A DNA stretch of 64,000 nucleotides from Lama glama (Eukaryota), in contig CM052816.1 in NCBI GenBank assembly GCA_028534125.1, positions 48,300,001 to 48,364,000 on the forward strand, in the 5' to 3' direction. Under the pieces are notes generated by a model. The model was given only the letters and a program-made list of their open reading frames with translations. It was not told where the DNA came from and did no database searches. Numbering within the stretch: the first letter of the stretch is position 1; the number at the start of each line of letters is the position of its first letter. Shown piece by piece: positions 28,130-40,740 of this stretch. Both the position numbers and the translations under genes were made by a program.

Positions 28130-28740
28130 TAAGCATCTTATCTATATCATATATCATGGGTAGAAATGCAAATAAAATGGAATCCAAGCTTCTAGAAATG
28201 CACAAACTAGTAGAACAAAATGATGTTTTTAAACCAACAGTGTCATTAATACTAAGATGGAAACTTGGACAAGGTATAGTGAAATGTCTAAGGAGAGAAT
28301 GCTAAATTCGCTGAAGTGTGGCCACAAAAAGCATCATAGAAACATAGAGAATTGCATACTGGGGTTAAACACTGAAATTTGAGAGGTGCTTTATATGGAA
28401 ACAGGTATATAGGTATATTATTGCCTAAGAGAACAGTGTGAAAAAAAACACAAGACTACACAACCGATGATTCAGAAGTTATTAATACAAGTCTAAGATT
28501 GGAGTATGACTTGTCGTGGGCATGGAGAGGGGCGGCAATATATAATAAGGTATATAATTAGAGGGCTATATACACATACTGGTCACTGAATTACATACTG
28601 GACTAAGGAACTGATGCTAATCCTGTAAGCAATGGGGAGCAACAGTGATTTTTGATTAGATTTTTGGTTTGGGGACAGTTAGGACACTTGAAATATTCCA
28701 AATGAAGGTTATCAAACATGGACTGCCAGTAGCATTGATG
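28130..28740 (-). mobile_element. LINE2 fragment
   Basis: 'gcctaagagaacagtgtgaaaaaa...aatcctgtaagcaatggggagcaacagtgattttt'. Confidence 0.55.
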
Positions 28741-30873
28741 ATGCTGGGAGGAAGTATCTCCAAAAACCTCCATTTTCTGAGGAAACCATAGAGTTTAAAG
28801 TGATACCTGTCTTAGATTATAAGAGGCTACTATCTAACTTATATTTTATTTATCCTTCATCAATCTTACTACAATTTAATTTCAAGGGAATAAAACTTGC
28901 CCAATTTATTTACTGGACAACTTTGTCTATTTTCTCATCATATGTCATTACCTTTTCAATCAGTATATAAAGAATTGTCAATATTATTTTTGACTAGTCC
29001 AGTCTTTTCTGGTTTGTACTCATGCTTCAGAAACACACATACTTTGTCATATCTTGAAAGAAGACATGTAAATCAAATACAATGTCCTCAAAGTCAAAGT
29101 GTCCTTGTTTAACTTCACCCTGAGTCAGCATGCAAATAAGATCGGCAGTGAAGAACAAGGAGCTGCTAAGGGGGCAGGTTGGCTCCCCTCTATGATTGGC
29201 ACTATCAAAATTATAGCCCTTCCAACCCACTGGAACTTAGACACAGGGCCAAGGGCAATGAAATATACCTTAATTAGGCTGCTCTAAAGTTTGGCAAATA
29301 AAGGTCATCAAGGAAATCTTTCAATGAAATTCCTTAAAGGAGTGAGTTAGACTTATATTTTGCTATACATACTGATAAGTTACATCTGATCATGACTCTC
29401 ACCTGCAAAGTAAACATCAAATATTTGTGGAATGCATTTTAATAAGTTACTTACTTTTGAAAATTCCTCCTACAGAGAAAATGCAAAAGAATGTGGATAT
29501 CTAGAGTCGTAATCACATCCCCTTTGGTGTTACATTTTGTCTTCTGTGGAGGTTAATAGTGATCACTAACTTGCTATCCATTGAAGAGAGTCTCTTCTTT
29601 TTAATTTATTTTTGAGCAGTCGGTTCATTTTATAACTAATTTTGCATAATTGCGTTAACTGCTACTGTTTTGAATCAATTTATAACTAATTGCTAAAACT
29701 CTCAATTCTCCTTTGGAGTAATAAAAGAAAGTTTACTGTGACATTAAGTTATTTAATAGACTAATAAACATGGGAAAGGGAAAATGCACAAAAACCTTAT
29801 TTCTTGAAAACTCTTTGTTCCACACATTTATATGGTATAATTATCACTTGATACAATTAATATGATCCTGTATACATTAATCTTTCAGCAGAGATAGCCT
29901 ATTATTCTCTCAGTAGGATGTGTTTTCTCCCTATGGCAGTGAATTAAAGGAAGATTTAAGGAAAAACATGAACAGAAATAGACTTTTTTGCAGTATAATT
30001 TTTGCATTTATGGTACAGTTTAAAATTATTTACAAATATTCTTGTATTAGACTCACATACTGACAGAGAAAATTATTTTCTTTTACCATCCTGTACCTTT
30101 TGTCTTGTACTTTCTTATACAATAGGCTCCAGACTGAGATTTCTTATTTTAGAAAAACACATGACAAAACAGAGTATCAAGATATCTTTAAAAAATAACT
30201 CTTCTGGAAGAAATTTATTTTCATTTCGTATTTCAGATAACATGATCTAAAGTCTGAAGTCATATGGCTTTCTTATCATGTATTACACTCTTAAGAAAAA
30301 GTAAGGAGATGTCTGTGTGTCAGTTTTTGCTTTCAGACAAATTGAATTTTTTGTTACTATTGCGTTCAGCTTGTTAGCTGGTGATTTCCTCAGTAATTCT
30401 GCAAGCCATGCTTTATCTCAGATTTGGATAGATGGCAATATAATCAAATACATCTTATTAAATTACTATGTCGAATTATTTATGATTTTATTGGACAGAA
30501 CTTAGTAATTTCACTTGATAGGAAAGGTACTTCATAAAACTTTCAATAAATCATATTCACAATTTTGCCAGCTTTGCTGGATTGTGCTTCTTTTTAGCCC
30601 ATATTGACTGAGTTGGATAATGAATAATTGCAAATAATCCCCTCAATGATTTTCAGTCTCACACAAAGAAATCTTTGGTTCCATGTAAAGAGACTCCACC
30701 TCCCCTACTACTCAAAATTTCATCTTAAATGCAGATCATCAGTGAACTTGTTGAAATGCAACAGGCATCTAAAGAAAACACATATTTCATAACATCTCAT
30801 ATCATCATCACTATGTATTCAGTTGAATACTATAAACTCAGTTCCCTCTTCAGTTCCATTAAAAATGCCTCAA

Positions 30874-30932
30874 ATGACACAACATTATAAAATGACTATA
30901 ACTCAATAAAAAAAGTTTTTAAAAAATTTTTT
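30874..30932 (+). mobile_element. Extremely 5'-truncated young L1 tail with perfect TSD
   Basis: 'tgacacaacattataaaatgactataactcaataaaaaaa' flanked by aaaaatgcctcaa at 30861-30873 and 30933-30945. Confidence 0.85.
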
Positions 30933-32199
30933 AAAAATGCCTCAAGTCACTATCTATTTTCTACTAAATTTAGTGTTTTGAGACTGGCTATAATGGAATT
31001 TGGAGGTCACTTGAGTTTCAGAAAGATAGTGAATATGTAAGCAAAAAAACTCATTATTTCCTTTATTCCAGACATGTTTCTAAATAATGTAATATGTCTA
31101 CAGAAAGATTAAATAATAGATATTTTAATTTTCATCCATGACTTCCTATATGCTCCAGTATTCCCAGGATGATATGGATATAAAATAAATAATCAGAGTC
31201 TCCCTTCCATTCCTTTCCTCGAACTTTGAATATGGCTTTGGCCAATTACGTAATTTTTTTTAACATAGCATCTATGCTCAGTACATGTTTCTTCTAACTA
31301 GAAAGACAAATATCAAGTCAAGCTAAATTATAATCTTGGTTCATGAATATACAAATTCCCATTTAATTAGATCAGAAAGCAATATGGTTAAGGTAGGATA
31401 CATTTTCAATTTGACCAGTGCCAAAGAAAATAAAAATGAGCATTTTAAATAGTATATATTTCGAACAACATTTTATTTTCTGAAGCAATTACACTGAAAA
31501 ACTGAGTTTTTTGCGTTAGCAGAGTTGTGCTGAGACTGTGTCTTGGCCTCTCTTCCCTACTGCAACAGACTTGAACAAAGTCTCCTTGCCTATTAACTGC
31601 TGCATTTTTTTTACTTTTACAGCACCTTTTATTAAGCAAAACTGCTTTATTCTAATTGTTGATTTTATTCCCCTCATATCTAGCTATGACAGAAGAAAGA
31701 CTCCTCTGTTATTCATCATTCTGAAAAAAATATTCTCCAAATTCAAAGCATTTGGAAGAGTGATAGGAAGATTAGTTTACCAGCTGCCGTTCAAATCAGG
31801 TGATCACTCTGTGGAGACATGCTTATATTTTAAATATTATGAATACAAAAAACATCCAGTTTACTAATATTCAAATGTCAGTATAAAAGTAAACTCAATC
31901 CTCTGTCTACAACACACCAAATAGGAATCTGGGTTCACTCTGACAAGGGGCCCAAAACCTGGGGCCTTCCTATGAACAAATACCCTACACAAGCCCCCCT
32001 GCACCTCCACATGATGCTGGGCAGGACCAGTGGAACAGGGCTCAATAATGGAAGAAAAACCACAGTATTTAGTGGGGGAATTTGTCCCCTAGAGCCTGTC
32101 CAGTCCATGCATGGGTGGGCCATCAGAGGTCTTATAAATGCTTTGAATCTCTTTTCAAGGGAAAAAAGAGATTCCATATGCCATTCTGAAGTGGAGAAG

Positions 32200-32445
32200 T
32201 CTTTTAGAGCAGTGAAAATACTTGGTATGACATTGTAACTATGGATATCTGTGTTATACTTTTGTCTAATTTAAGGTGAGCTGTGGACTTTGATGTAGGT
32301 TCAGCCTTAGTTTAAAAAAAAAATACCACTCTGGTAAATAAAAATAAAGATTATACATGTGTGTGGAGGGAGGTATATGGAAAATTTCTGTACCTTCCTG
32401 CCAATTTTACTATAAATCTAAAAGTGCTCAAAAAAAAAGTCTTAA
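32200..32445 (+). mobile_element. L1MC-type 3' end
   Basis: 'ttttagagcagtgaaaatacttggtatgac...ggtatatggaaaatttctgtaccttcctgccaattttactataaatctaaaagtgctc'. Confidence 0.75.
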
Positions 32446-33474
32446 AATTAAAAATAAGAACACTCAGTGTTAGGGTAGACATTTTTGGCAAAACTTTGGT
32501 TTCAGTTTTATATATACATATATATATATACACACACACACATATATTATATATATGTACATATTATATATGTGTGTGTTTGTTGGCTTGTGATGTAAAA
32601 TGTATTTTTTAGGTCAAAAGTTTGCAGGCCACTTTAGTTAAGTTACACTGGCAAATAAAAGCACAAATTAACACTTCCCCATTTTTTTTTTTAAATAAAA
32701 GTAACCTCAAGACAAGTACAATTTATTTTGGTAGCTTCTCATGATACTACTACTACTACTGCTATCACTAATACCACCACTAATAAAAAGAAGGATATCA
32801 TCTATTAATAACCATTCCATGTCATGAACACACATATATATATGTGTGTGTGTGTATAAAACACAAAAGTTTAAATAATATTTCAAAATCTAATAAAAAT
32901 ATCAATGATTATACAAACCCATACTGAAAGGTTTAAAGATAATTTCCTCCCTATGCTTACTCTACTTTAAATTTTCACTCTTTTTTTTTCATTAGTATGT
33001 CCAAAGGAGAGTTATATTATTTTTTTCATTTCTTCCAAATGAATTTGTTGCATTTAGTCTGTATAGGAAAAGTAAAATTAGCATCCACTGAGGGAAACGC
33101 TTTAACTATTATAAAGCATGATATTTAAATACTTACTAATGGTTACATTTTTATTACTTATTTTTAACATAAAGTAATGTTTAATTTCTGTATTAATACT
33201 GAAATCTAATACGATATGGCAGGACTGTCTAGATAGGAAACATTCATTATGTAGTTGAAACTTCATCCAAATACTCTGAATACTAGACATTAATAAAAGG
33301 ATTTTAGAAGAGGAAAATAAATTTTACAAGAAGTGTAAAACCAAGGAATGAAGTAGGGAATGGAGGGAATTTTGTTTTTGCTGAAAATCATGTTTTTGAG
33401 GGTACTGTCAGGAATTTAAAAATTTCCAGAGGGAATTTTTAATTACATATAAGTAAGTATATCTAATCATATAT

Positions 33475-33862
33475 AATGGATATTGAATTTAATCAAAAGC
33501 TTTTTCTGCATCTATTGAGATAATCATATGTTTTTTATTCTTCAGTTTGTTAATGTGGTGTACCACATTGATTGATTTGTGGATACTGAAAAATCCTTGC
33601 ATCCGTGGGGTAAATCCCACTTGATCATGGTGTATGATCCTTTTAAGGCATCGTTGGAGTGTATTTTTTAGCATTTTGTTGAGGGCTTTTGCATCTGTAA
33701 TCACAAGTGATAATGGCCTATAATTTTCTTTTTTGTTTGTGTGCGGTATCTTTGTCTGGTCTTGTTATCAGGGTGATGGTGGCCCCATAGAATGAGTTCA
33801 GAAGTGTTCCTTCCTTTGCAATTTTTTGGAATAGTTTCAGAAGGATAGGTGTTAATTCCTCT
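33475..33862 (-). mobile_element. Young L1 ORF2 RT-region fragment (inverted piece)
   Basis: ORF 33489-33704 translates '[49 protein letters not shown]'. Confidence 0.95.
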
Positions 33863-34440
33863 GTCAGAGAAAACTACAATTCAAAAATACACATGCTTCC
33901 CAACGTTCACAGCAGTACTATTTACAATAGCTAAGACATGGAAACAACCTAAATGTCCATAGACAGATGAATGGATAAGATGTGATATATGTATATACAA
34001 TAGCATGTTACTCAGCCATAAAAAAAGAATGAAATAATGCCATTTGCAGTAACATGGATGGACTTAGAGATTAACATATTAAGTGAAGTAAGTCAGATAG
34101 AGAAAGACAAATATCATATGATGTTGCTTATATGTGGAATATAGAAATAAAATGCAAGTTTAATTTACAAACCAGAAATAGACTCACAGACTTAGAAAGT
34201 GACCTGTGGTTACCTGTAGGGGAAGGGGAGGGAGGGATATATTAGGAGTTTGGGATTAATAGATACACATTACTATACATAAAACAGGTGAACAACAAAG
34301 ACCTATTATATAGCACAGGGGACTATATTCAATTTCTTGTAATGAGCTATAATGGAAAAGAATCTAAATATATATATATGTGTACACATGAAACTAACAT
34401 TGTAAGTCGACTACACTTGAGTAAAATATAAGAATTCAAA
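33863..34440 (+). mobile_element. Young L1 ORF2 C-terminus and 3' UTR
   Basis: 'acacatgcttcccaacgttcacagcagtactatttacaatagctaagacatggaaacaacctaaatgtcc...aacattgtaagtcgactacactt'; followed by TSD copy 34441-34457. Confidence 0.9.
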
Positions 34441-34457
34441 AAAGAAATAGAGATATA

Positions 34458-34718
34458 TTCATATAAGGGAATGCTACTAATTTTTTTGAAAAAGAACTAT
34501 TATTGATAAATGCAGTAATGTGGATAAATCTCAGAAACATCTCATTGAACAAAACCATTACACTGAGCAAATGAAGTCATAAATAGATGAATGTATGATT
34601 GCATTTGTAGGAAACCATAGAAATGACAGATCTAATCTATATTAATAGAAGTAGATAAGCGGTTTTTTAGGATAAATGGAGTTGACTGGAAAGCGTCACT
34701 AGGGATAGATATTTTATA
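34458..34718 (+). mobile_element. Old L1M 3' region (host element, now in inverted orientation)
   Basis: 'tattgataaatgcagtaatgtggataaatctcagaaac...gttgactggaaag'. Confidence 0.65.
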
Positions 34719-34719
34719 A

Positions 34720-34903
34720 CATTTATGATAAAAACTCTACAGAAGGTGGGCATAAAGGGAACATAACTCAACATAATAAAAGCCATATATGACAAACCCA
34801 CAGCTAACATCATACACAATGGTGAAAGCATTTCCTCTGACATCAGAAACAAGACAAGTATGCCTAGTCTTGCAACTTTTATTCAACATAGTTTTTGAAG
34901 GCC
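34720..34903 (+). mobile_element. Young L1 ORF2 fragment continuing the 33475-33862 piece
   Basis: 'catttatgataaaaactct...ataaaagccatatatgacaaacccacagctaacatcatacacaatggtgaa' (FMIKTL...IKAIYDKPTANII). Confidence 0.9.
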
Positions 34904-35282
34904 TATATCACAATTTCTTTATCCATTCACCTCTTGATGGACACTTGAGTTGTTTCTAGTTTGGGGTTGTGATTGATAAAGCTATTACAACCACTCATGT
35001 GCAAGTCTTTGTGTAAGTATAAGTACTCATTTCTTTCAAGTAATACATAGGAATTGCTGAATCATGTGGCAAGTATTTACTTAATAGTACAAAATTAAAA
35101 AAAAAAATAAAGGTCAAACTGTTTCCTGAAGTAGTTGCATCATTTTGATATTTTAATTCCACGAGCAATGCATTAGAGCTCCACTTGCTCCAAATCCTTA
35201 GAAGGAGTATCAATTTTTAACATATAGCTATTTTAGGGAATACAGAGTATTACTTGCTTCTGCAATAATAACCAGTGATAAA

Positions 35283-35431
35283 GGGGGGAGGGTATAGCTC
35301 AAGTGGTAGAGTACATGCTTAGCATACACAAGGTCCTGGGTTCAATCTCCAGTACCCTCTCCAAAACTAATTATGCAAACATAATTACCCCTCCACCAAA
35401 AAGTAAATAAATAAAATAAAGTAGAAAACAA
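35283..35431 (+). mobile_element. tRNA-derived SINE, Vic-1-like (camelid)
   Basis: 'ggggggagggtatagctcaagtggtagagtacatgcttagcatacacaaggtcctgggttcaatctccagtacc' with A and B boxes and an A-rich tail; TSD aataaccagtgataaa (35267-35282) / aataaccaatgataaa (35432-35447). Confidence 0.9.
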
Positions 35432-35553
35432 AATAACCAATGATAAAATTGAAAATCTTTTCATTTGGCACTATAATAAATTTTTTGGTTAAATGCCTGT
35501 TCACTTTTTCTTCCCAACTTTTGATTGGATTGTTTGCTGATTGAACAGTTTTT

Positions 35554-35737
35554 GTTTTTTTTTAACTCATGACTAGGAATTATTTTTTTTTTCAGTTATA
35601 CATGTACATACATATATACTTTTTCTTTTCAGATTATTTTCTGTTACATGCTATTATAAGAAATTGAATATAGTTCCCTGTGCCATACAGGAGGTCCTTG
35701 TTGTTTATCTATTTTATACATAGTAATGTGTGTCTAT
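35554..35737 (-). mobile_element. Short young L1 3' tail with TSD
   Basis: 'attgaatatagttccctgtgccatacaggaggtccttgttgtttatctattttata'; TSD aacagttttt at 35544-35553 and 35738-35747. Confidence 0.8.
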
Positions 35738-35763
35738 AACAGTTTTTTGATATACCAGCACTT

Positions 35764-35766
<3 letters not shown>

Positions 35767-35809
<43 letters not shown>

Positions 35810-35812
35810 TAC
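35767..35812. repeat. (TA)n(CA)n microsatellite
   Basis: Directly visible. Confidence 0.95.
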
Positions 35813-35989
35813 ATTAGAAATATTTTCTTACAGTCTGTGTCATATATTTTTACTTTCAAGTATGTTTTGAAAATTTAAATGATGAATTTTTCATTTTATC
35901 AAGTATATCCTAATTATCATTTTTCTATCAATGTTCATACTCTTGTGTCCTATCAACACCCTGAAACAAATAAAGAAAAAGAAAAATTT

Positions 35990-36358
35990 GATTACAAGAT
36001 TTTGACTATTTTCTCCACAGAAATATTACATTTTATGAAAATACTGTTCCCTGTGCTATATGGTAGGACCTTGTTTGTTATCTATTTTATATACAATAGC
36101 TTGTATCTCCTAATTCCAAGCTCCTAATTTTTCCCTTCTGCCCCTGTCCCCTTTGGGTACCACAGTTTGTTTTCTATTTCTGTGACTCTGTTTCTGTTTT
36201 GTAAATAAGTTCATTTGCATCATTTTTTTAGATTCCACATATAAGTGATATTATGTGATATCTGTCTTTCTTCTATTTCACTTTGTATGGTAATCTCTAG
36301 GTCCATCCATATTGCTGAAAATGGTATTATTTCATTCTTTTTATGGCTGAGTAGTATT

Positions 36359-36395
<37 letters not shown>

Positions 36396-36895
36396 CTTAT
36401 TTATCCAATCATCTGTCAATGGGCATTTAGGTTGCTTTATAAGCAAAGGAAACTGCAAACAAAATGAAAAGACAACCTATGGACTGGGTGAAGATATCCG
36501 CAATTGATGCAACTGACAAGGGCTTAACTTCCAGAATACACAACTCATACAGCTGATACGACTAAATGACAAAAAAGCAAGTAACTCAATCAAAAAATGG
36601 GCTGAAGACCTAACCAGTCATGTCTTCAATGAACACATACAGATGGCTAATAGACACACGAAAAGATGCTCAATAATGCTAATTATCAGAGGAATGCAAA
36701 TCAAAACTACGAGGTATCACCTCACACCAGTAAGAATGGCCATCATTAAATAGTCCACAAACAATAAATGCTGGAGAGGGTGTGGAGAAAAGGGAACCCT
36801 ACTACACTGTTGGTAGGAATGTAATTTGGTACAGACACAATGCATAACAGAATGGAGATTCCTTAAAAAACTGAAAATAGACTTATCATATGATG
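35990..36895 (-). mobile_element. Young L1 with 5' inversion (3' end on minus ~35990-36436; ORF2 piece on plus ~36437-36895)
   Basis: Antisense 3' end ('gattccacatataagtgata...ctgtcaatgggcatttaggttgctt') abuts sense ORF2 ('gcaaaggaaactgcaaacaaaatgaaaagacaacctatggactggg...aaaatagacttatcatatgat'); contains (TG)n at ~36363-36393. Confidence 0.85.
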
Positions 36896-38864
36896 CCAGG
36901 TTGATGCAAACATGCCATAATTGAAGGCTAAATAAATCTGTTACATTTATGGAAGGTCATATGCAACTGGGTTAGGGAGGTATAAATAAGACAGACCCCA
37001 TTGCACAACATACAGGAAGGAATTTGGGAATGGGCATGTGGAGAAACAGATATGGAAATACACACAGATATGGAATCTCACAGATCTAGGATGACAGAGA
37101 CACGTTCTTCTAAATCAAGCAAAGGGTATTTTCTTCCAAAAAGACATTTAAGCTCAATCACAAATAATGTCAGCTGAATTGATTTGAGCATACTACACAA
37201 ACACACATTATCCTACTGTTTCCTTAATTGTTCTGTGATTCTGAGTAAAGTAACATTTCCTGATTTGGAGGTTGAAACTGGGGAAGGAAAAAGGGAGAAT
37301 TTTGATGAGAGATGGGCTGGCCACTTGCAACTTGCAGCTGATTCTTTCAGACCTTTTTATTTCTACAGTGTATCAGGTGATGTGTCGAATCACAACAAAA
37401 CTTGCCCTAGCTCTTACAAATTTTTGTTTGAAAAATGCACTTTCATACCCTCTATTCATTTGAACATTAAATAAAACTGCAGAAAAAATAAAATAAAAGA
37501 TTGCCGATAACTGCATCCAAATACAAACTAGACTTTGCCAATCAATGTGCATATTCAATAGAGAATGCAACTATAAATTCTGGCAAATTTCATCCAAATA
37601 TAGAGTTCTTGAAACATAAAATTCAAAGGTCACACCTAATAAATATCCTCCAAACTTTATAGCCCATACTGCTAAAAAGGATTGTGATTTGTGTACTGTG
37701 ATATCTAGGGTGTCATAATAAACATTTTTGATTTCCTCAGAACTTGCAGAATCATATATATTTGTGTACACAGACACACACACACACACACACATTATAA
37801 ACATGTCAAAGATAAATTTCTAGATATGCACTTACAAGACTGCTATCATGTGGCTGACCATAAAGAAGATGTTACAATATTGGCCTGGCATGAAATCATA
37901 TTATCAAAGTGTGGGGCAAGAAGAATGACCTTCTCTAATTTGGAAACAAACTGAGTATAAGAATGAAGAAAAAGGATCTCAGTAAAACAGACATTCATAT
38001 GCTATTTCTTCAAAACTATTTGATGATCTTTAAAGTGGCCATAAAGAGCCTAGAAAAGAACAAACCGATTGCACCTGACTATCTGATATTCATGTAGGTC
38101 ATGACAAAACTTATACAAACTAAACAATGACTCATTTTGTGGAAACGGGACTGTTTCAGAACACATATGCACAAATATCAGTAGAAAAGGACAGCCAAGT
38201 TAAATGAGACTTTCTCAACTTCTTTATTGAAAGTGTAACTTACTTGGAATCCAGCTTCGTTTTTAAGAGTTAAAATTCCCTCTCTGCTTCAAAACACATT
38301 TCACTGAGAAATAAAGGTTTAGCTAATGAAAACATTGAATAAGTCCCATAGTACGTGAAAATGATGAGCATTTTAGACATGAATAGCCTATAATGAATAG
38401 AAACAAAGAACATGATTATCAAACAGCTGGTCTACCAAAATAAGTCTGTAAAAATGTAGACAGACATTTCAGAGAGAAGGAAAGTGCTTCCTGCAAGCCT
38501 AACTTGCCGGTGTGAGTAAGTAAAATCCTAAGTATTGTGATCTCAAATGATTTTGTTGAAATCATCACAATGTACTGACACCAGGAATCGGTATACTGTG
38601 AGCTTGATAAGAAAACAGCTAAAAGTCAAAATGAATTTTGTTTGACTGAATTCAGGTTTACCTCTATATAAGAGAAAATAAGAGTGTCCTAAATGCTTCA
38701 GGCAATTTAAAGATGTATTATTAGAAAAGGAAACAAAGAATGAAAATAACCTACTGTATCACAGGCCAGAAAAAAAGGTCACTTTCATTTATTATTAAAT
38801 ATATGTAGTATTTGTTTAATTAGTCATATAGTATCACATTCCCTATTTTTCTTTTTAAGAGCAT

Positions 38865-39213
38865 GTATTTTTTTTAGAGCAGCATTAGCTTCACAGCAAA
38901 ATTCAGAAGTACAGGGATTTCTGACATGCCTCCTGCCTCCACACATATATAGCCTCCCTCACTGTCAACATTCCCATCAGAGTAGGGCATTTGTTACCAT
39001 TGGTCAACCTACACTGACACGTCATTACCATCCAAAGTCTGTAGTTTAAATTAATGTTTACTCGATATTATACATTCTATGGGTTTGTAAAAATGCCTCA
39101 TGACATGTGTTCACCATTAGAGTGTATGGAATCATTTCACTACCTTAATAATATTCTGCAATCCACCTGTTCATTCCTCTTACCAAAACCCCAGGCAACC
39201 ACTGGTCTTTTTT
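38865..39213 (-). mobile_element. L1MC-type 3' end (host copy; resumes at ~40297)
   Basis: 'tttttagagcagcattagcttcacagcaaaattcagaagtacagggatttc...ccccaggcaaccactg'. Confidence 0.8.
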
Positions 39214-40296
39214 TACCCCAGATTATTAGTTTTTTAAGGCAATTTTTAGAGCAGTTTTAGGTTTATAACAAAATTCAGAGATTTCCCATATACCTCTCAC
39301 CCCCACACATGCACAGCCACTCCCACTATCAACACCTTCCACCAGAGTGGTACATATTTTATCAAGGATGAACCCATACTGACATATCATAATCACCTGA
39401 AGTCCATAGTTTACATTAAGGTTCACTCCTGGAGTAGTACATTCTATGAGTTTGGAAAACATATAATGACATTTTTCTATCACTATAATATCATACAGTA
39501 TTTTCACTGCCCTAAAAATTCTCTGTGCTGTGCCTATTTATCTCCCTTCACCAATCCCTAGCAAACACTTATCTTTTCACTGACTCCATAGTTTTGCCTT
39601 TTCCAAAATGTCATGTATTTGGAATCATACAGTAGACAGCCTTTTGGCCTGGCTTCTTTCACTTAGTAATATGCATTTAAGTTTCATCTATGTCTTTGCC
39701 TAAATTGATACCTCATTTCTTCTTACAACTGAAAAATATTCCATTATTTGGATGTATAATAGTCTATTTATCATTCACCTCCTGAAAGACTTCTTGGCTG
39801 CTTCCAAGTTTTAGTAATTATGAATAAAGTAGCTGTAAACATCCTTGTACAGGTTTCTGTGTGAATATGTTTTCAGCTCTTTTGGCTGTACACCAAGGAG
39901 TGCAATTGCTAGATTGTATGGAAAATAATTTAAGTTTTGTAACAAACTGTCAAACTGTCTTCCAGAGTAGCTGTACCATTTGTATTTCCAAAGCAATGCA
40001 ATACAGTTCCTGTTGCTCCTCTATGCCAGCATTTGGTGCTGTCAGTCCAGATTTTGGGTATACTACTAAGCATGTAGTGGTATCTCACCGTTGTTTTAAT
40101 GTGTTTTAATTTCCTTGATTACATACAATGTGAAGCATCTTTTCATTTGCCTATTTGCCATCTGTATATCTGTCAAAGTCCTTGTTCCATTTTTTTAATC
40201 AGATTCTTTATTTTCTTATTGTTGAATTTCAAGAGTTATTTGTGTATTTTGGAAAACAGTCCTTTTCAGATGTCTATTATATAAGTACTTCGTCCC
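39214..40296 (-). mobile_element. Second L1MC-type 3' fragment nested in the first
   Basis: Same 3' terminal motif 'tttttagagcagttttaggtttataacaaaattcagagatttcccatatacc'; TSD-like accactggtcttttt (39198-39212) / accactgatcttttt (40297-40311). Confidence 0.85.
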
Positions 40297-40429
40297 ACCA
40301 CTGATCTTTTTACTGTCTCCATTTTTTTTTCAATCTTATGCTTATGTATCTTAAAATATACAAGTACATAGCCTATACAATTTAAATATCTAAGAAAAAG
40401 TTTTTAAAAGATTTTAAAAACATTCAAGC

Positions 40430-40740
40430 ATGGGAGGAATTGCTGGCAACTATCTTTGCTAACAAAGAGCCTCTTGTATCCTATGACCCAGGATTTCACC
40501 CTTCCCAAGCATGTAGGGAAGGAAATACACACATTTCTCTGTGTGTACATATGCATGTAATAGTAATTTTTATAAAAGGTCAAAGCTGGAAGCAATCTTA
40601 ATGTCCGGAACAGTAAATGAATGAGTTAGTTTTGATATTTATGCAATATTAAGTCCATAAATTGAACTTCATATGCAACAAGAATGAATCTCACCTACAT
40701 AATGAGGAGTGAAATAAGACACACAAAAAATATAGAATAA
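40430..40740 (+). mobile_element. Old L1ME-type fragment
   Basis: 'tatcctatgacccaggatttcac...aaagctggaagcaatcttaatgtcc...atatgcaacaagaatgaatctc'. Confidence 0.6.

Larger units (their letters stand above)
34904..35960 (-). mobile_element. Old L1M host element, interrupted by a SINE, an L1 tail and a microsatellite
   Basis: 'tttatccattcacctcttgatggacacttgagttgtttctagtttgggg...ggaattgctgaatcatgtggcaag'. Confidence 0.75.

Noticed and set aside
35283..35356. tRNA-like sequence
   Set aside because: It is a SINE head with an A-rich tail and TSD, not a tRNA gene.
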